From assembly GCA_944381365.1 (NCBI GenBank), contig CALWKW010000002.1, positions 385,952 to 449,951 of the forward strand: 64,000 nt of DNA, read 5' to 3'. This DNA is from an uncultured Christensenellaceae bacterium (lineage in GTDB: Bacteria > Bacillota > Clostridia > Christensenellales > UBA3700). The notes beneath the pieces were generated by a model. That model ran no database searches and was not told the origin of the DNA. It saw only the letters and a program-made list of their open reading frames with translations. Positions 1-9,712 of the stretch are shown piece after piece (the stretch's first letter is position 1; the number at the start of each line of letters is the position of its first letter). Made by a program: the position numbers and the translations under genes.

Positions 1-276
1 ATTGACAAGCGAAGGGGGGCACTTTGTGCCTTTTTTCACAGAAAAACACAACCCATTGGCTTGTCCTTCGCCGTGATAAGGATCTTGTCCCAATATTACC
101 GCCTTGACATTTTCATAAGGAGTATATTCAAATGCCGACAATATCTCTTTCATAGGAGGATATACTCTGAAATGGCTGTATTCCTCACGCAAAAACTTTC
201 TTATATCTTCAAAATAATCCTTGGAAAATTCACTTTCAAGCTTTTCGTCCCAACTGTTTCCCAAATGCGATGACAT
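1..276 (-). CDS. ung: uracil-DNA glycosylase, N-terminal 92 codons (3' part runs off the window)
   Basis: Not in the ORF track because it is cut by the window edge. Reverse translation from ATG at 276 gives MSSHLGNSWDEKL...KAVILGQDPYHGEGQANGLCFSVKKG, which contains the family-1 UDG GQDPYH motif. AGAGG RBS lies upstream. Confidence 0.85.
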   Translation of the reverse strand, partial: MSSHLGNSWDEKLESEFSKDYFEDIRKFLREEYSHFRVYPPMKEILSAFEYTPYENVKAVILGQDPYHGEGQANGLCFSVKKGTKCPPSLVN

Positions 277-305
277 AATATTTTGCCTCTTTGATTTTTT
301 GTAAT

Positions 306-375
306 ATTTTAGCATTATTTTTTATGCTTTGTCAATGTGCTATGTTTGACATACAAAGCTTGTTTGGAGTATTAT
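306..375. promoter_or_regulatory. divergent sigma-70-like promoters for ung (-) and the PHP gene (+)
   Basis: Plus strand: TTGACA (346-351), 18 nt, TATTAT (370-375). Minus strand: TTGACA (330-335), 18 nt, TAAAAT (306-311). Both -35 boxes lie inside an imperfect inverted repeat at 326-359. Confidence 0.5.
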
Positions 376-399
376 ATTGCATGCAGGAGTAAATAAATT

Positions 400-1203
400 A
401 TGTTTGATACGCACACGCACTGCATGCACTCGCATGACAGCCGACAAAATCCCAAAGAACTTATCGAGAAAGCTATCAAAATGGGGCTTGAATACATCGC
501 TATTACCGACCACTATGACGGGGAATTGACATTCCTTCCCGAATTCGATTATATCCCTCAAATCGACCTCGACAGACACTTTAAAGAAATTGCCGAGTTA
601 AAAGAACAATACAAAGACAAAATAGAGGTAGGCGTAGGCATAGAATGCGGATATATGAAAGAGGCAGAAAAGCTTTATCTCGACACTTTAAAAAACTATG
701 ATATAGATATGACGATAAACTCTATCCATACCATAGAATACGAAGATTGCTATCTTCCCTCATACTTTGAAAAACGCACAAAATATCAGGCATATCTTGT
801 GTATCTTCAAGCCGTAAGAGAAAGCATTGACGCACCTTATCACTATGACAGCATAGGTCATATCGGTTATGTGATAAGAAAATCCATATATGACGATATA
901 TCTCTTAATTACAGCGATTACAGCGATTTGATTGATGATATTCTCAAAAACATTATCTCAAAGGGCAAAGCCTTGGAAATAAACACTCACAGCGAAGGTA
1001 CGGGACTTGACTTTCTTCCCTCAGTCGAAATTACAAAAAGATACAAAGAGCTTGGCGGAGAACTTCTCACATTCGGCTCTGACGCACACAAATTCGAGCA
1101 TCTTTGCAGAGGATATGACAAGTCCTGCGAAGTATTGAAATCATTGGGATTTAAGTACCTTTTCAAATACCTAAATCACAAGCCTATCGCAGTAAAGATA
1201 TAA
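400..1203 (+). CDS. PHP-domain metal-dependent phosphatase (HisJ-family histidinol-phosphatase-like)
   Basis: 267-aa ORF beginning MFDTHTHCMHSHDS, then ITDHYD and later IGH / GSDAH. This His/Asp pattern is typical of PHP hydrolases. AGGAG RBS present. Confidence 0.6.
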   Translation: MFDTHTHCMHSHDSRQNPKELIEKAIKMGLEYIAITDHYDGELTFLPEFDYIPQIDLDRHFKEIAELKEQYKDKIEVGVGIECGYMKEAEKLYLDTLKNYDIDMTINSIHTIEYEDCYLPSYFEKRTKYQAYLVYLQAVRESIDAPYHYDSIGHIGYVIRKSIYDDISLNYSDYSDLIDDILKNIISKGKALEINTHSEGTGLDFLPSVEITKRYKELGGELLTFGSDAHKFEHLCRGYDKSCEVLKSLGFKYLFKYLNHKPIAVKI

Positions 1204-1337
1204 TAAAGATCAAAGATAAATTATTATCATATCCAATTCGATTCTAATTCAAACAATATAATCTTAAAGCTTTATTATTGCGTCAAACATCCTTTTGTTT
1301 AATTTGTGTAAAATTGCAAGTTATTTGATTTTTGATA

Positions 1338-1366
1338 TTGTCAAAGCATATTTTGTATGATATGAT
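1338..1366 (+). promoter_or_regulatory. sigma-70-like promoter upstream of the ABC stub
   Basis: TTGTCA (1338-1343), 17 nt, TATGAT (1361-1366). Confidence 0.5.
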
Positions 1367-1416
1367 AGACAAAAAATATTTTTTCTTGAAATGCCTTGAG
1401 AAAAAAGGAGGCTAAA

Positions 1417-1799
1417 ATGTTAGAAGTAAAAAACCTCACAAAAATCTACAAGACAAAAGGCGGAGCAGAAGTAAGGGCACTTGATAATGTATCCATATCT
1501 TTTGCAGAAAAAGGCATGGTATTTTTGCTCGGTAAATCGGGCAGCGGTAAATCTACTTTGCTCAACATCTGCGGAGGACTGGACGCTCCCGACAGCGGCG
1601 AGATAATCGTAAAAGGAAAGAGTAGCAAAGATTTTTCGGCAGGCGATTTTGACAGCTACCGAAACACTTATGTAGGTTTTATTTTTCAGGAATACAACAT
1701 CCTCAACGAATTCAGCATAGAGGAGAGGACAACATTGCTTTGGCACTTGAATTGCAAGGAAAGCCCAAATACAAACAAGAGATAGCAAGATTTCAATAA
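1417..1799 (+). pseudogene. truncated, frameshifted MacB/LolD-type ABC ATPase fragment
   Basis: AAGGAGG RBS plus ATG at 1417. Walker A GKSGSGKST and Q-loop region IFQEYN are present. The frame is lost after NEFSIEE; the homologous continuation NIALALELQGKPKYKQEIARFQ* is in another frame. No signature motif or Walker B follows. Confidence 0.7.
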
Positions 1800-1812
1800 T
1801 GTGAGGAAGTTT

Positions 1813-4497
1813 ATGAGAAAACTTAATATTTTTTGTCTTATTGCCGTATGTGCAATATTGATAGGCGTTTTGATGAGTTCTGTCGCTTGCGATAAAAGCG
1901 ATGACTCTTTTTTTGACGAAAAAATGTCATTTTCCTATGAATACGAAGAGTATGTGAGCAGCGGCTCAAACCCTTCTACCGCTTGGCGTGAAGGTATGGT
2001 TTCGGGCAACGGGCTTCAGGGCTTTATTACAAACGGCTCTTCTTATGAAGATGTATTGATTTATCAAAACATTCACTTTGTTCTTCCAAACAAAAATATG
2101 AGAGAAAATCCCGTCTCTTTTGACGATTTGGAGAGCATAAGACAAAATATCGTCAACGGCAAAGATATTGTGGATAATCAAAGTTATGACGATGTCTATA
2201 TGTACCACGCAGGCGGTATCTTGCGTATTTCTCAAAAAGAACAAAAGACATCCGAATACATGCGTTATACCGACTATGAAACAGCTCAGGTCGGCGTAAA
2301 ATACAAAGACGACAGAGGCGAGTGGGAAAGAATTAGTTTTACCTCTCAGAAAGATAATGTGTCAATCACAAAAATATCCTCGTCAAGTACGGGCTCAAAA
2401 CTCAATCTAACTTTGTCTATTGACAATATCTCTACCATGACAAATTTCGGTCAAGGCAACGAAGTAGACCTTCAGTATAAAAAAATCGCAGGCTCTGATG
2501 CGGACTATATTGCTATGGTAGCTCATTATCCCGACTATGAAAACAGCGAGCTCAAAAAAGGCGGATATGCTACGCTTTGCTATATCGTATGCGAGGGCGG
2601 AAGCAAAGAGCTCACTTCTCTCGACAAAGTAAACGACACGCAGTATGTCGGTGATACCAATCCCGCCATAAAAATAAGCGATGCAGACAATGTCTATATC
2701 ATTGCCGTATCCGACCGCACTTATGATATGGGCGATATGTCTACTTTTGCAAATAAAGAAGACTATGAGCTCGTAAACAGCCTTTATGACACAGCTTCTT
2801 CTGTGGCAAGCAAATATACCGAAAATTCAAAATTTGATTATGACAAGGCTCTCAAAGCTCATACAGATATTTTTTCGCCCTTGTTCAATTCAGTGGAGTT
2901 TTCTATCGGCGGCTCCAATGATATTGCCAACGAAAGCCTTTTGAAGTCTCAAAGATTGCATAAAGATGAGATAAGCTCCGATTTGGCTCAAAAGGCTTAT
3001 TATTCAGGCAGATACGCATATCTTTGCTGTGCAGGATATTCTACAAGCAGACTTTACGGAATGTGGACGGGTGAATGGAATTGCAAGTGGGGTGCCAAAT
3101 ACACAATGGACGCAAATGTCAATCTCCAGACTTCCTCTATGAATACGGGAAATATCATATCTGCACCTTTGGGATATGTAAATTTTATTCTCCGTCAAGT
3201 GGACGATTGGGAAGACAATGCCTATGCTACTCACGGCTTTGAGGACGCCATACAGGCTCCTGTAAACTCTGACGGCGACAGAGCTATCTTTACAGAAAGC
3301 TGTTATCCCTATCCTTTCAGATATTGGAACGCAGGTGCGAGCTGGATGCTCCAACCTCTTTATGAGACAGTCCTTTGCTACGGCGACTTGCAAGTGCCTT
3401 TGTCGGACGAATTTGACCTTAACGACATAAAATCAGTCTTGTCAATGACATCTGTCGACCTTACGGAAAGTCAAATAAAAGCCATTGAAGAAAAAGGCTA
3501 TATGATGCTCAAAGAAGATATCCTTTTGCCTCTTCTTCTCAAGTCGGCAAATTATTGGAAACAACTTCTTACACCAGAATATTATACCGATGCTCAAGGA
3601 TATATTCACTATGAAGAGGGCAAAACTCAGCTTGACGAAAACGAATCATATTGCATTATCCCTTCATATTCTCCCGAAAACAATCCTTCCAATTATCCCA
3701 GCCCTTCTTGTGCAAATGCCACGATAGATATTTCCGCATGCCGCAGCAATATAGAAATGCTCATTGACATAATGCTCGATGTAAATCCTGCTGCTGATAT
3801 ATCTGAATGGCAGACTATTATCGACAAACTTCCTCCTGTGCTTTTGGACGATACGGGAGCTATAAAAGAGTGGTCGACTTATCAATTTGAAGAAAACAAC
3901 GAGCACAGACATCTTAGCCACTTGTATTGCGTATGGCCTCTCAACGATACTCAATACGACCAAGCTTTAAAAGATGCCGCAATTCAGGCTATTGCAAATC
4001 GTGCGAGCGAAAACAATGCAAGCCATGCACTCGTGCATCGCTCTTTGATAGCTGCAAGATTAAAAGACAGAGACGCTATGACCGAAGCTTTGCTGGGACT
4101 TATGGCTTCGAGAATATATTACAATTCGCTTATGACAAACCATGATACCGACAAGGGCAGTGCATATTGTACAGACTACGCAATAGGCTATGTGGGTATT
4201 GTCAACGAAAGCCTTGTATATTCCGATAAAAATGCAGTAGAAATTTTGCCTTGTCTTGCTACAAGCGGATTTGAAAAGGGCCGCATAAGCGGTATAAGGC
4301 TCAAAATACAAGCAGTCATGACAAAACTTGAATGGAATCTTGCCGACAAAACTGCAAGCGTGACAATCTTGCCCGAAAAGGATTGTAAGGCTACAATCTC
4401 TTGTCCTTTGTCCTCAAGCTCAAAAACACTCGAGCTCACAAAAGGCAAAGCTGTCACAATTGATTTCTATTTGGACAAATTGAACATTAAAGATTGA
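1813..4497 (+). CDS. GH95-like glycoside hydrolase (alpha-L-fucosidase family) lipoprotein
   Basis: GAGGA RBS plus ATG at 1813. Signal peptide ends in lipobox SVAC. Motifs MVSGNGLQG, DANVNLQ and EWSTYQFEENNEHRHLSHLYCVWP resemble conserved GH95 blocks. Confidence 0.6.
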   Translation: MRKLNIFCLIAVCAILIGVLMSSVACDKSDDSFFDEKMSFSYEYEEYVSSGSNPSTAWREGMVSGNGLQGFITNGSSYEDVLIYQNIHFVLPNKNMRENPVSFDDLESIRQNIVNGKDIVDNQSYDDVYMYHAGGILRISQKEQKTSEYMRYTDYETAQVGVKYKDDRGEWERISFTSQKDNVSITKISSSSTGSKLNLTLSIDNISTMTNFGQGNEVDLQYKKIAGSDADYIAMVAHYPDYENSELKKGGYATLCYIVCEGGSKELTSLDKVNDTQYVGDTNPAIKISDADNVYIIAVSDRTYDMGDMSTFANKEDYELVNSLYDTASSVASKYTENSKFDYDKALKAHTDIFSPLFNSVEFSIGGSNDIANESLLKSQRLHKDEISSDLAQKAYYSGRYAYLCCAGYSTSRLYGMWTGEWNCKWGAKYTMDANVNLQTSSMNTGNIISAPLGYVNFILRQVDDWEDNAYATHGFEDAIQAPVNSDGDRAIFTESCYPYPFRYWNAGASWMLQPLYETVLCYGDLQVPLSDEFDLNDIKSVLSMTSVDLTESQIKAIEEKGYMMLKEDILLPLLLKSANYWKQLLTPEYYTDAQGYIHYEEGKTQLDENESYCIIPSYSPENNPSNYPSPSCANATIDISACRSNIEMLIDIMLDVNPAADISEWQTIIDKLPPVLLDDTGAIKEWSTYQFEENNEHRHLSHLYCVWPLNDTQYDQALKDAAIQAIANRASENNASHALVHRSLIAARLKDRDAMTEALLGLMASRIYYNSLMTNHDTDKGSAYCTDYAIGYVGIVNESLVYSDKNAVEILPCLATSGFEKGRISGIRLKIQAVMTKLEWNLADKTASVTILPEKDCKATISCPLSSSSKTLELTKGKAVTIDFYLDKLNIKD

Positions 4498-4530
4498 GTT
4501 TTTGTTAAATCAAAATACCATAGACAGAAA

Positions 4531-4555
4531 AACAAGCACCTAAAAAGTGCTTGTT
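4531..4555. terminator. bidirectional stem-loop terminator
   Basis: AACAAGCAC-ctaaaaa-GTGCTTGTT, with an A-run before and a T-run after. It lies between convergent genes. Confidence 0.7.
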
Positions 4556-4665
4556 TTTCTTTGCGAACTTTGGTATCCGTTTTACTTTTTATCCCCATTC
4601 CCTCGATATCGCTTTTGCCATAAACTTTTCCCTCCACATTACACATACGATACATACAAATTTTA

Positions 4666-5349
4666 TTAGTGCTTATCCATTTCTTCCAAAGATTGCTCGT
4701 TTGGCAATTCTTCATTTTCATGATTTGTGTGGCGATATCTTAATCCTACTCTTATCAAGAGCAATACTCCCATCAAAAGTGCACAAATACCGAATACCGT
4801 TCCGCCCAACGCATTCGCAATAGAATTATTTCCCCCCTTTGCCGACAAGATAGCTACTTGCGTCAAGACGATTGCATAAAATCCGCTTACAATATTGCAA
4901 CTTCTAAGTCCTATCAACATAATATCCTTTTCTTTTACGGACTTGACAAAGTTGTGTATTCCTACCCCTAAATCACCAAAAGAAAATGCGGCTATCGCTA
5001 TCGAAGTTATCGTTCCGTAAGAGCTTTCGTCCTCTATAAAAAACAGTCTTACCATATACACGATAAATGCCGTAGCCGATATTATAATCAGCAAACCCAT
5101 TATAATGCTGACCTTGAGTTCTTGTTTTTCATCAGCATTCTGATAGTGCCTGAAGAATATACTCTTGATTATGCCTATACACAAAGTATGCACACCGCTT
5201 ATACTGAAAAAGAATGCCTTGGAAAAAATGCCAAACAAAATCTTGCCTGTCGACCAGATTATGTTGTATAAAAATCCCAAGAGCGTAAAAAGTCTAATAC
5301 GCTTTATTCTGTCAGTTTTTAAGGTATGTATAAAATCTTTTAGCCACAT
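4666..5349 (-). CDS. polytopic membrane protein, unknown function
   Basis: 227-aa ORF with several hydrophobic helices. No motif recognised. Confidence 0.4.
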   Translation of the reverse strand: MWLKDFIHTLKTDRIKRIRLFTLLGFLYNIIWSTGKILFGIFSKAFFFSISGVHTLCIGIIKSIFFRHYQNADEKQELKVSIIMGLLIIISATAFIVYMVRLFFIEDESSYGTITSIAIAAFSFGDLGVGIHNFVKSVKEKDIMLIGLRSCNIVSGFYAIVLTQVAILSAKGGNNSIANALGGTVFGICALLMGVLLLIRVGLRYRHTNHENEELPNEQSLEEMDKH

Positions 5350-5407
5350 TTTTCTTTCCGTTTATATATTTTCCGTCATACGGAGTCACCTCCGTATGAC
5401 GATTGTC

Positions 5408-5932
5408 TTATAATGCTCCTGCCTTCTCGCAAGCCTCTGCAAGCTTGTCAAATTCTACTTCGAGAATAGGATTGATTTTTGATATTTTCTTACGGCGAAT
5501 AAGCTTTCTCAAGAAATGAGCAAGACACACTACTCCCGCTCCTGCTACTCCCAATACGACTCCCGCTATCGTACCGCCGAGACCTCCTATCGTCATAATT
5601 ATGCTCATACCGCTTCCTAATACGAGTGTTCCGAGAATGCCGAGACATACGCCTGCTGTCCAGCCGGCTGACTTTTTGCTTCTTTGCAAAATATCGATGT
5701 TTGAAAGATTGTTGTCTATTTTTTCCTGCTCTTTGAGAAGCTGAATCTTATTGGCAATCTTTCTGTCTCTTTTAAAAGACAAATTGACATAACTAGGCGA
5801 GCCCTCTGCCACGCTGCTTGAGGTAAGCTCCCAGCCCAATACCTGATAACTGTCGCATACCACTACTTCCATATCTCTTCTTGCTTTTACTGTTTTGTAA
5901 TCATAAGTGATTGATTTTACTTGTTCTGACAT
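5408..5932 (-). CDS. hypothetical membrane-anchored protein
   Basis: 174-aa ORF with a strong AAGGAG RBS. The N-terminal half is soluble and the C-terminal half has Gly-rich TM helices. Confidence 0.4.
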   Translation of the reverse strand: MSEQVKSITYDYKTVKARRDMEVVVCDSYQVLGWELTSSSVAEGSPSYVNLSFKRDRKIANKIQLLKEQEKIDNNLSNIDILQRSKKSAGWTAGVCLGILGTLVLGSGMSIIMTIGGLGGTIAGVVLGVAGAGVVCLAHFLRKLIRRKKISKINPILEVEFDKLAEACEKAGAL

Positions 5933-5992
5933 AATTTTTTCTCCTTTTATTGATTATTTATTAATAGGACACATGTTTTTTTAATATCCTTC

Positions 5993-6062
5993 TTGTATCC
6001 TCATCAAAAGTATAGTATAATAAAAGCATATTCTGCACCGACAAAAAATTTTGTTGTGTCGG
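5993..6062 (+). promoter_or_regulatory. tetR-family gene promoter with inverted repeat in the leader (operator candidate)
   Basis: TTGTAT (5993-5998), 17 nt, TATAAT (6016-6021). An inverted repeat CCGACA...TGTCGG at 6038-6062 lies just before the RBS. Confidence 0.4.
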
Positions 6063-6079
6063 GATAAAGGAGTTTTTTT

Positions 6080-6670
6080 ATGAATATTGCCAACAATTCT
6101 CGCTTTGCGACTACTGACGACAAGATAAGACAAGCTCTTTACAGCCTTTTAAGATACAAAAATTTTGACAATATTACAGTTAAAGATATCTGTGAGCAAG
6201 CAAATCTTCACAGAAGTTCTTTTTATACGCATTATACCGATATCAACGATTTGCTTATCCGCACCGAGCAATACCTCTCAAAAGGCATTACAAACATTCT
6301 CCAGCACAACGACAATTTTTTGCTTTACAATTTTGAAAAGATGTTTGAGTATATCAAACAAAACAAAATATTTTATAAGGCGTACCTTAGATACAGCATA
6401 GAAAGTTTTGTGGAAAAAGAAATGTATGCAAAATTCAAAATCCCGCTTATGAATGTGGCAAAAGAAAAAAAGTTTTATTACAACGAAAGCGAGCTCGACT
6501 ATCAAATGAGATTTTTCGGGGCGGGACTGAAGGCAATCTGTGCAAGATGGCTGGAAAAAGATTGCAAGGAAACTCCAAAACAAATGGCTGATCTTATAAA
6601 CAAGCAATATGCAAACAGCTCGAGATTTTTTCAAAATATAATAGACAATAATTCTGAAAATCAAAAATAA
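6080..6670 (+). CDS. TetR/AcrR family transcriptional regulator
   Basis: N-terminal HTH block ITVKDICEQANLHRSSFYTHYTDINDLL is typical of TetR_N. Length is 196 aa. Confidence 0.85.
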   Translation: MNIANNSRFATTDDKIRQALYSLLRYKNFDNITVKDICEQANLHRSSFYTHYTDINDLLIRTEQYLSKGITNILQHNDNFLLYNFEKMFEYIKQNKIFYKAYLRYSIESFVEKEMYAKFKIPLMNVAKEKKFYYNESELDYQMRFFGAGLKAICARWLEKDCKETPKQMADLINKQYANSSRFFQNIIDNNSENQK

Positions 6671-6688
6671 TTTTTATGTATCTATATA

Positions 6689-6722
6689 CTGACAAAAGAC
6701 AGCCGAGGCTGTCTTTTGTCAG
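6689..6722. terminator. long perfect stem-loop between convergent genes
   Basis: CTGACAAAAGACAGC-cgag-GCTGTCTTTTGTCAG, a 15-bp perfect stem. Confidence 0.6.
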
Positions 6723-6835
6723 GTAATTAAAAACATAAAATGGAGGTATAATCATTTATATCTTGTTATGCGTGTAGCATAATGATATAGACTTTATTTT
6801 ATCAAAATCATATTTTTGTTTTTTATCAAATATAT

Positions 6836-8251
6836 TTATTTTCTTTGTAAAAAATCGTGAGCAAGCTTTTTTGTGCCGCAAGCACTTATTACGCCATCAG
6901 AAATAATCGCCGTATTGTCGCATAGTGCGTCAATACATCTTTTGTCGTGAGTAGTGGCGATTATCGTATTCTGACTTTTAAGATGCAAATCATTGAGAAT
7001 GCTCATAAGTCTTTTCAAACCCTGATAATCCTGTCCGACAGTAGGCTCGTCAAGAAGCAAAACTTGAGGCTCGGTAGCGACTACGCTTGCTATCGTGACA
7101 AGTCTTTTCTGTCCTTCTGACAAAGACTGCGGATGTCTGTCCAAAAGGTGCGTCAAAAAAAATCTCTCTGCTATTTCCATGGCATATTCTTTTGAAGTCG
7201 CACCAAATTCGAGCTCTTTTTTTACGGTAGGCATAAAAAGCTGATAATTGGGATTTTGATACACAACTCCTACTTTTCTGAACCACTTTTTGCTTGCTCT
7301 TTTCTGTCCGAGACTTTTGTCTATAAATTGCGTTATTTTGCCTTCGCAAGGCTTTATGAGTCTTGAAATTAGTCGCATGAGAGTAGTCTTGCCGGAGCCG
7401 TTTTCTCCCATCAAAAGCGTCCTGCCGCCTCTTGCTATTTGCAAGTCGATACCTTTGAGAATATCCTTTTTTGCGACTTTGTATTTTACATTTTCAAGAC
7501 TCATTATGTTTCCCTGACCGAGAATTTGTCCGATATCGTCATTTATGCTTTCCGCTCTTGACAAAAGATATTTTTGCTTGTCATTGACCATAAAAATATT
7601 GCCGTCTTCTATATGCCACACTCTGTCCACATAGTCCATTACGCTGTCAAGCCTGTGCTCTATGACAAGTATGGCATATCCGCTTTTCGCCAAGTAAAGC
7701 AAAGATGTCATCAAAAGCTTTGCCCCTTGCATATCGAGATTTGCCAATGGCTCGTCAAGTATGAGTATCTTTTGTCGCATGGCAAGTACCGATGCCGTAA
7801 TAAGTCTTTGTTTTTGTCCGCCAGATAAGGTGCGAGTGGACGCTGTCTTATCGAGTTTCATTCTGTCGCAAGCCGTATCTATGCTTTCTTTTATATCGCT
7901 TGCCTTCATACCTAGATTTTCGCACCCGAAAGCTATCTCGGCTTCTACTATATCCTGAATTATCTGTGCATCGGCATTCTGAAGCACGACTCCTACGCTT
8001 CGACATATCTGCCCCATGCTAAGACCTTTTGTGTTTTTGTCATCAATGTATATTTCTCCCGATAATTGACCTTTTATCACATGAGGAATAATACCGGCTA
8101 TGATGTTCATAAGCGTACTTTTGCCAGAACCCGACACGCCTGAAAGCAGCGCTAGTTCTCCGTATTCCATAAAAAAGTCAATGTCTTCGAGAGCTTTTTG
8201 TTTCATCCCCTCGTATGTAAAATTGATATCTTTTAATTTGATTGCACTCAT
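6836..8251 (-). CDS. ECF transporter ATPase, fused duplicated EcfA-A' type
   Basis: Two ABC cassettes: GVSGSGKST...LSGGQKQR...LILDEP and GENGSGKTT...LSEGQKRL...LLLDEP. I place the start at MSAIKLKD (ATG at 8251), which overlaps the upstream stop as ATGA. Confidence 0.85.
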   Translation of the reverse strand: MSAIKLKDINFTYEGMKQKALEDIDFFMEYGELALLSGVSGSGKSTLMNIIAGIIPHVIKGQLSGEIYIDDKNTKGLSMGQICRSVGVVLQNADAQIIQDIVEAEIAFGCENLGMKASDIKESIDTACDRMKLDKTASTRTLSGGQKQRLITASVLAMRQKILILDEPLANLDMQGAKLLMTSLLYLAKSGYAILVIEHRLDSVMDYVDRVWHIEDGNIFMVNDKQKYLLSRAESINDDIGQILGQGNIMSLENVKYKVAKKDILKGIDLQIARGGRTLLMGENGSGKTTLMRLISRLIKPCEGKITQFIDKSLGQKRASKKWFRKVGVVYQNPNYQLFMPTVKKELEFGATSKEYAMEIAERFFLTHLLDRHPQSLSEGQKRLVTIASVVATEPQVLLLDEPTVGQDYQGLKRLMSILNDLHLKSQNTIIATTHDKRCIDALCDNTAIISDGVISACGTKKLAHDFLQRK

Positions 8252-8922
8252 ACTGCCACCGATAGTATTGTAATCGCCAAAAACAATATGGCAAATACAA
8301 AATCCGTCCATTTGGTTTTTACTTTTTTATACACACTGAAATTTTTGTCGCCTACTTCAAATCCTCTTGTTTCCACACTCAAAGAAAGCGTATCCGATAT
8401 GTTGACAAGTCTTACCACCAATGGCAAAAGAAAAGCTCTGTAAAATATCTTGGGACTGAGGATGCTTCCTGCTCCTCTCGTCTTCATGGCTTCTCTTATC
8501 TTTTTTGTTTCCTTGACAAGAAGAGGGAAGAATGACAATGCTATCATCATGCCAAGCGTCAATACTCTCGGAGCCTTCAATGTAGACAAATTGCTCACAA
8601 GCTTTGACGGCTCGAGTCCAAGCCCAGGGATGACTGCCACGCATACGGCAAGTATTCTGCCAAGTGCGGATAAAGTAGCGTTTGTATCTTTGGATATGGC
8701 ATAAGTCGCAAGACAGAATATTCCCGACATAACACAAGAAAAGGGAATAATCGCAAGACATGCCTTGTAATATCCAAACAGCAAAAACAACAACCATATC
8801 CCGCCAAGATAATACAATCCCTTTGTGCTCTTTGCCATCAAAAGTCCGACTACAAGTATGACTATACTCGTGAGAATACTCAACAACGGATATATGCCGT
8901 TTTTATTTTTTATCGTTTGCAT
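8248..8922 (-). CDS. ECF transporter transmembrane (T) component
   Basis: 224 aa and polytopic. EcfT-like coupling motifs KIREAMKTRGAG and SVETRGF are present. Translationally coupled to the ATPase gene. Confidence 0.75.
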   Translation of the reverse strand: MQTIKNKNGIYPLLSILTSIVILVVGLLMAKSTKGLYYLGGIWLLFLLFGYYKACLAIIPFSCVMSGIFCLATYAISKDTNATLSALGRILAVCVAVIPGLGLEPSKLVSNLSTLKAPRVLTLGMMIALSFFPLLVKETKKIREAMKTRGAGSILSPKIFYRAFLLPLVVRLVNISDTLSLSVETRGFEVGDKNFSVYKKVKTKWTDFVFAILFLAITILSVAV

Positions 8923-8923
8923 A

Positions 8924-9712
8924 TTACTTTTTGAATACTCCCGCTTTTTTGAGTTCTTTAGAAATTCTGATGCCTATCAATGTGCCTATTACACTCACCG
9001 CAAGCACTGCCGCACTCATGCCTACCGCCATCCAAGGTGCTTTGTCCGCTACTGCGGTCATGACCTCGTTGCCGATAATGAGATTGTAGACATAATTGAA
9101 GGGCAGAGATAAAGGATTGTACAAAGCTACCGCAAAAAATACCGCACTGTCTTTTTTATAGCCTCTGAAAATCAAGATTATCATTAATTCCAATATAAGT
9201 CCTATGACGATGTTGTTGACAAACATTGCAGGGGACATTATAAGCTGTATTATGCCCGTAAATATCGACATGAAAAACATACTGCCTACCTTTCTCACTT
9301 TCATGATTGCTATTGCGGGAAATATGGAAAGCTGAAGTCCCGTCACAAGCTGAGCAATGCCGAATACCGTAGCCTGAAGAGGGATTACCAATGGCATGAC
9401 GGCACTTGTCACAAGCACTATTGCAGACATTATCGCAAGAAAGACTATATCTTTGACCTGATATTTTTCAAATATTTTGTTGCTCTTTTTTGAGCTTTCA
9501 AGATTTTTTTCGTTTATACTTTTATGAATATCATTGTCGCTTGTTTCTTGATAATTATCCTGCAAAATATTGTCGCTGTTTTTTATATCGCTTAAAGCTT
9601 CTTTATCGCAGAAAGTGTCGGCTTCTTTGTGCTTGTATTTTACAAACAACTCGTCTTTTGCATTTTCCTCTTTTGTTTGATTTTGATTTGTCTTTATAGC
9701 TTTATCTTCCAC
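8924..9712 (-). CDS. putative ECF S (substrate-capture) component with ~90-aa hydrophilic N-terminal extension
   Basis: GTG start with AGGAGG RBS. The C-terminal ~170 aa form about six TM helices. Its position between the ABC pair and EcfT matches the MptD/Trep_Strep-type cluster as I recall it. Confidence 0.5.
   Translation of the reverse strand: MEDKAIKTNQNQTKEENAKDELFVKYKHKEADTFCDKEALSDIKNSDNILQDNYQETSDNDIHKSINEKNLESSKKSNKIFEKYQVKDIVFLAIMSAIVLVTSAVMPLVIPLQATVFGIAQLVTGLQLSIFPAIAIMKVRKVGSMFFMSIFTGIIQLIMSPAMFVNNIVIGLILELMIILIFRGYKKDSAVFFAVALYNPLSLPFNYVYNLIIGNEVMTAVADKAPWMAVGMSAAVLAVSVIGTLIGIRISKELKKAGVFKK

Noticed and set aside
61-273. A 70-aa plus-strand ORF from the track at the left edge.
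   Set aside because: The opposite strand encodes an unmistakable uracil-DNA glycosylase N-terminus (GQDPYH motif) with an RBS. The plus-strand ORF is its shadow.
8252-8311. The 20-codon N-terminal extension of the ECF ATPase ORF (MDGFCICHIVFGDYNTIGGS). I also rejected similar extensions at 1396-1416, 1801-1812, 19681-19698, 25582-25602, 44637-44684, 51630-51674, 61233-61268 and 63205-63273.
   Set aside because: In each case an internal ATG with a proper RBS gives a canonical N-terminus (a signal peptide or conserved first motif). The extension instead overlaps an upstream gene or regulatory palindrome.
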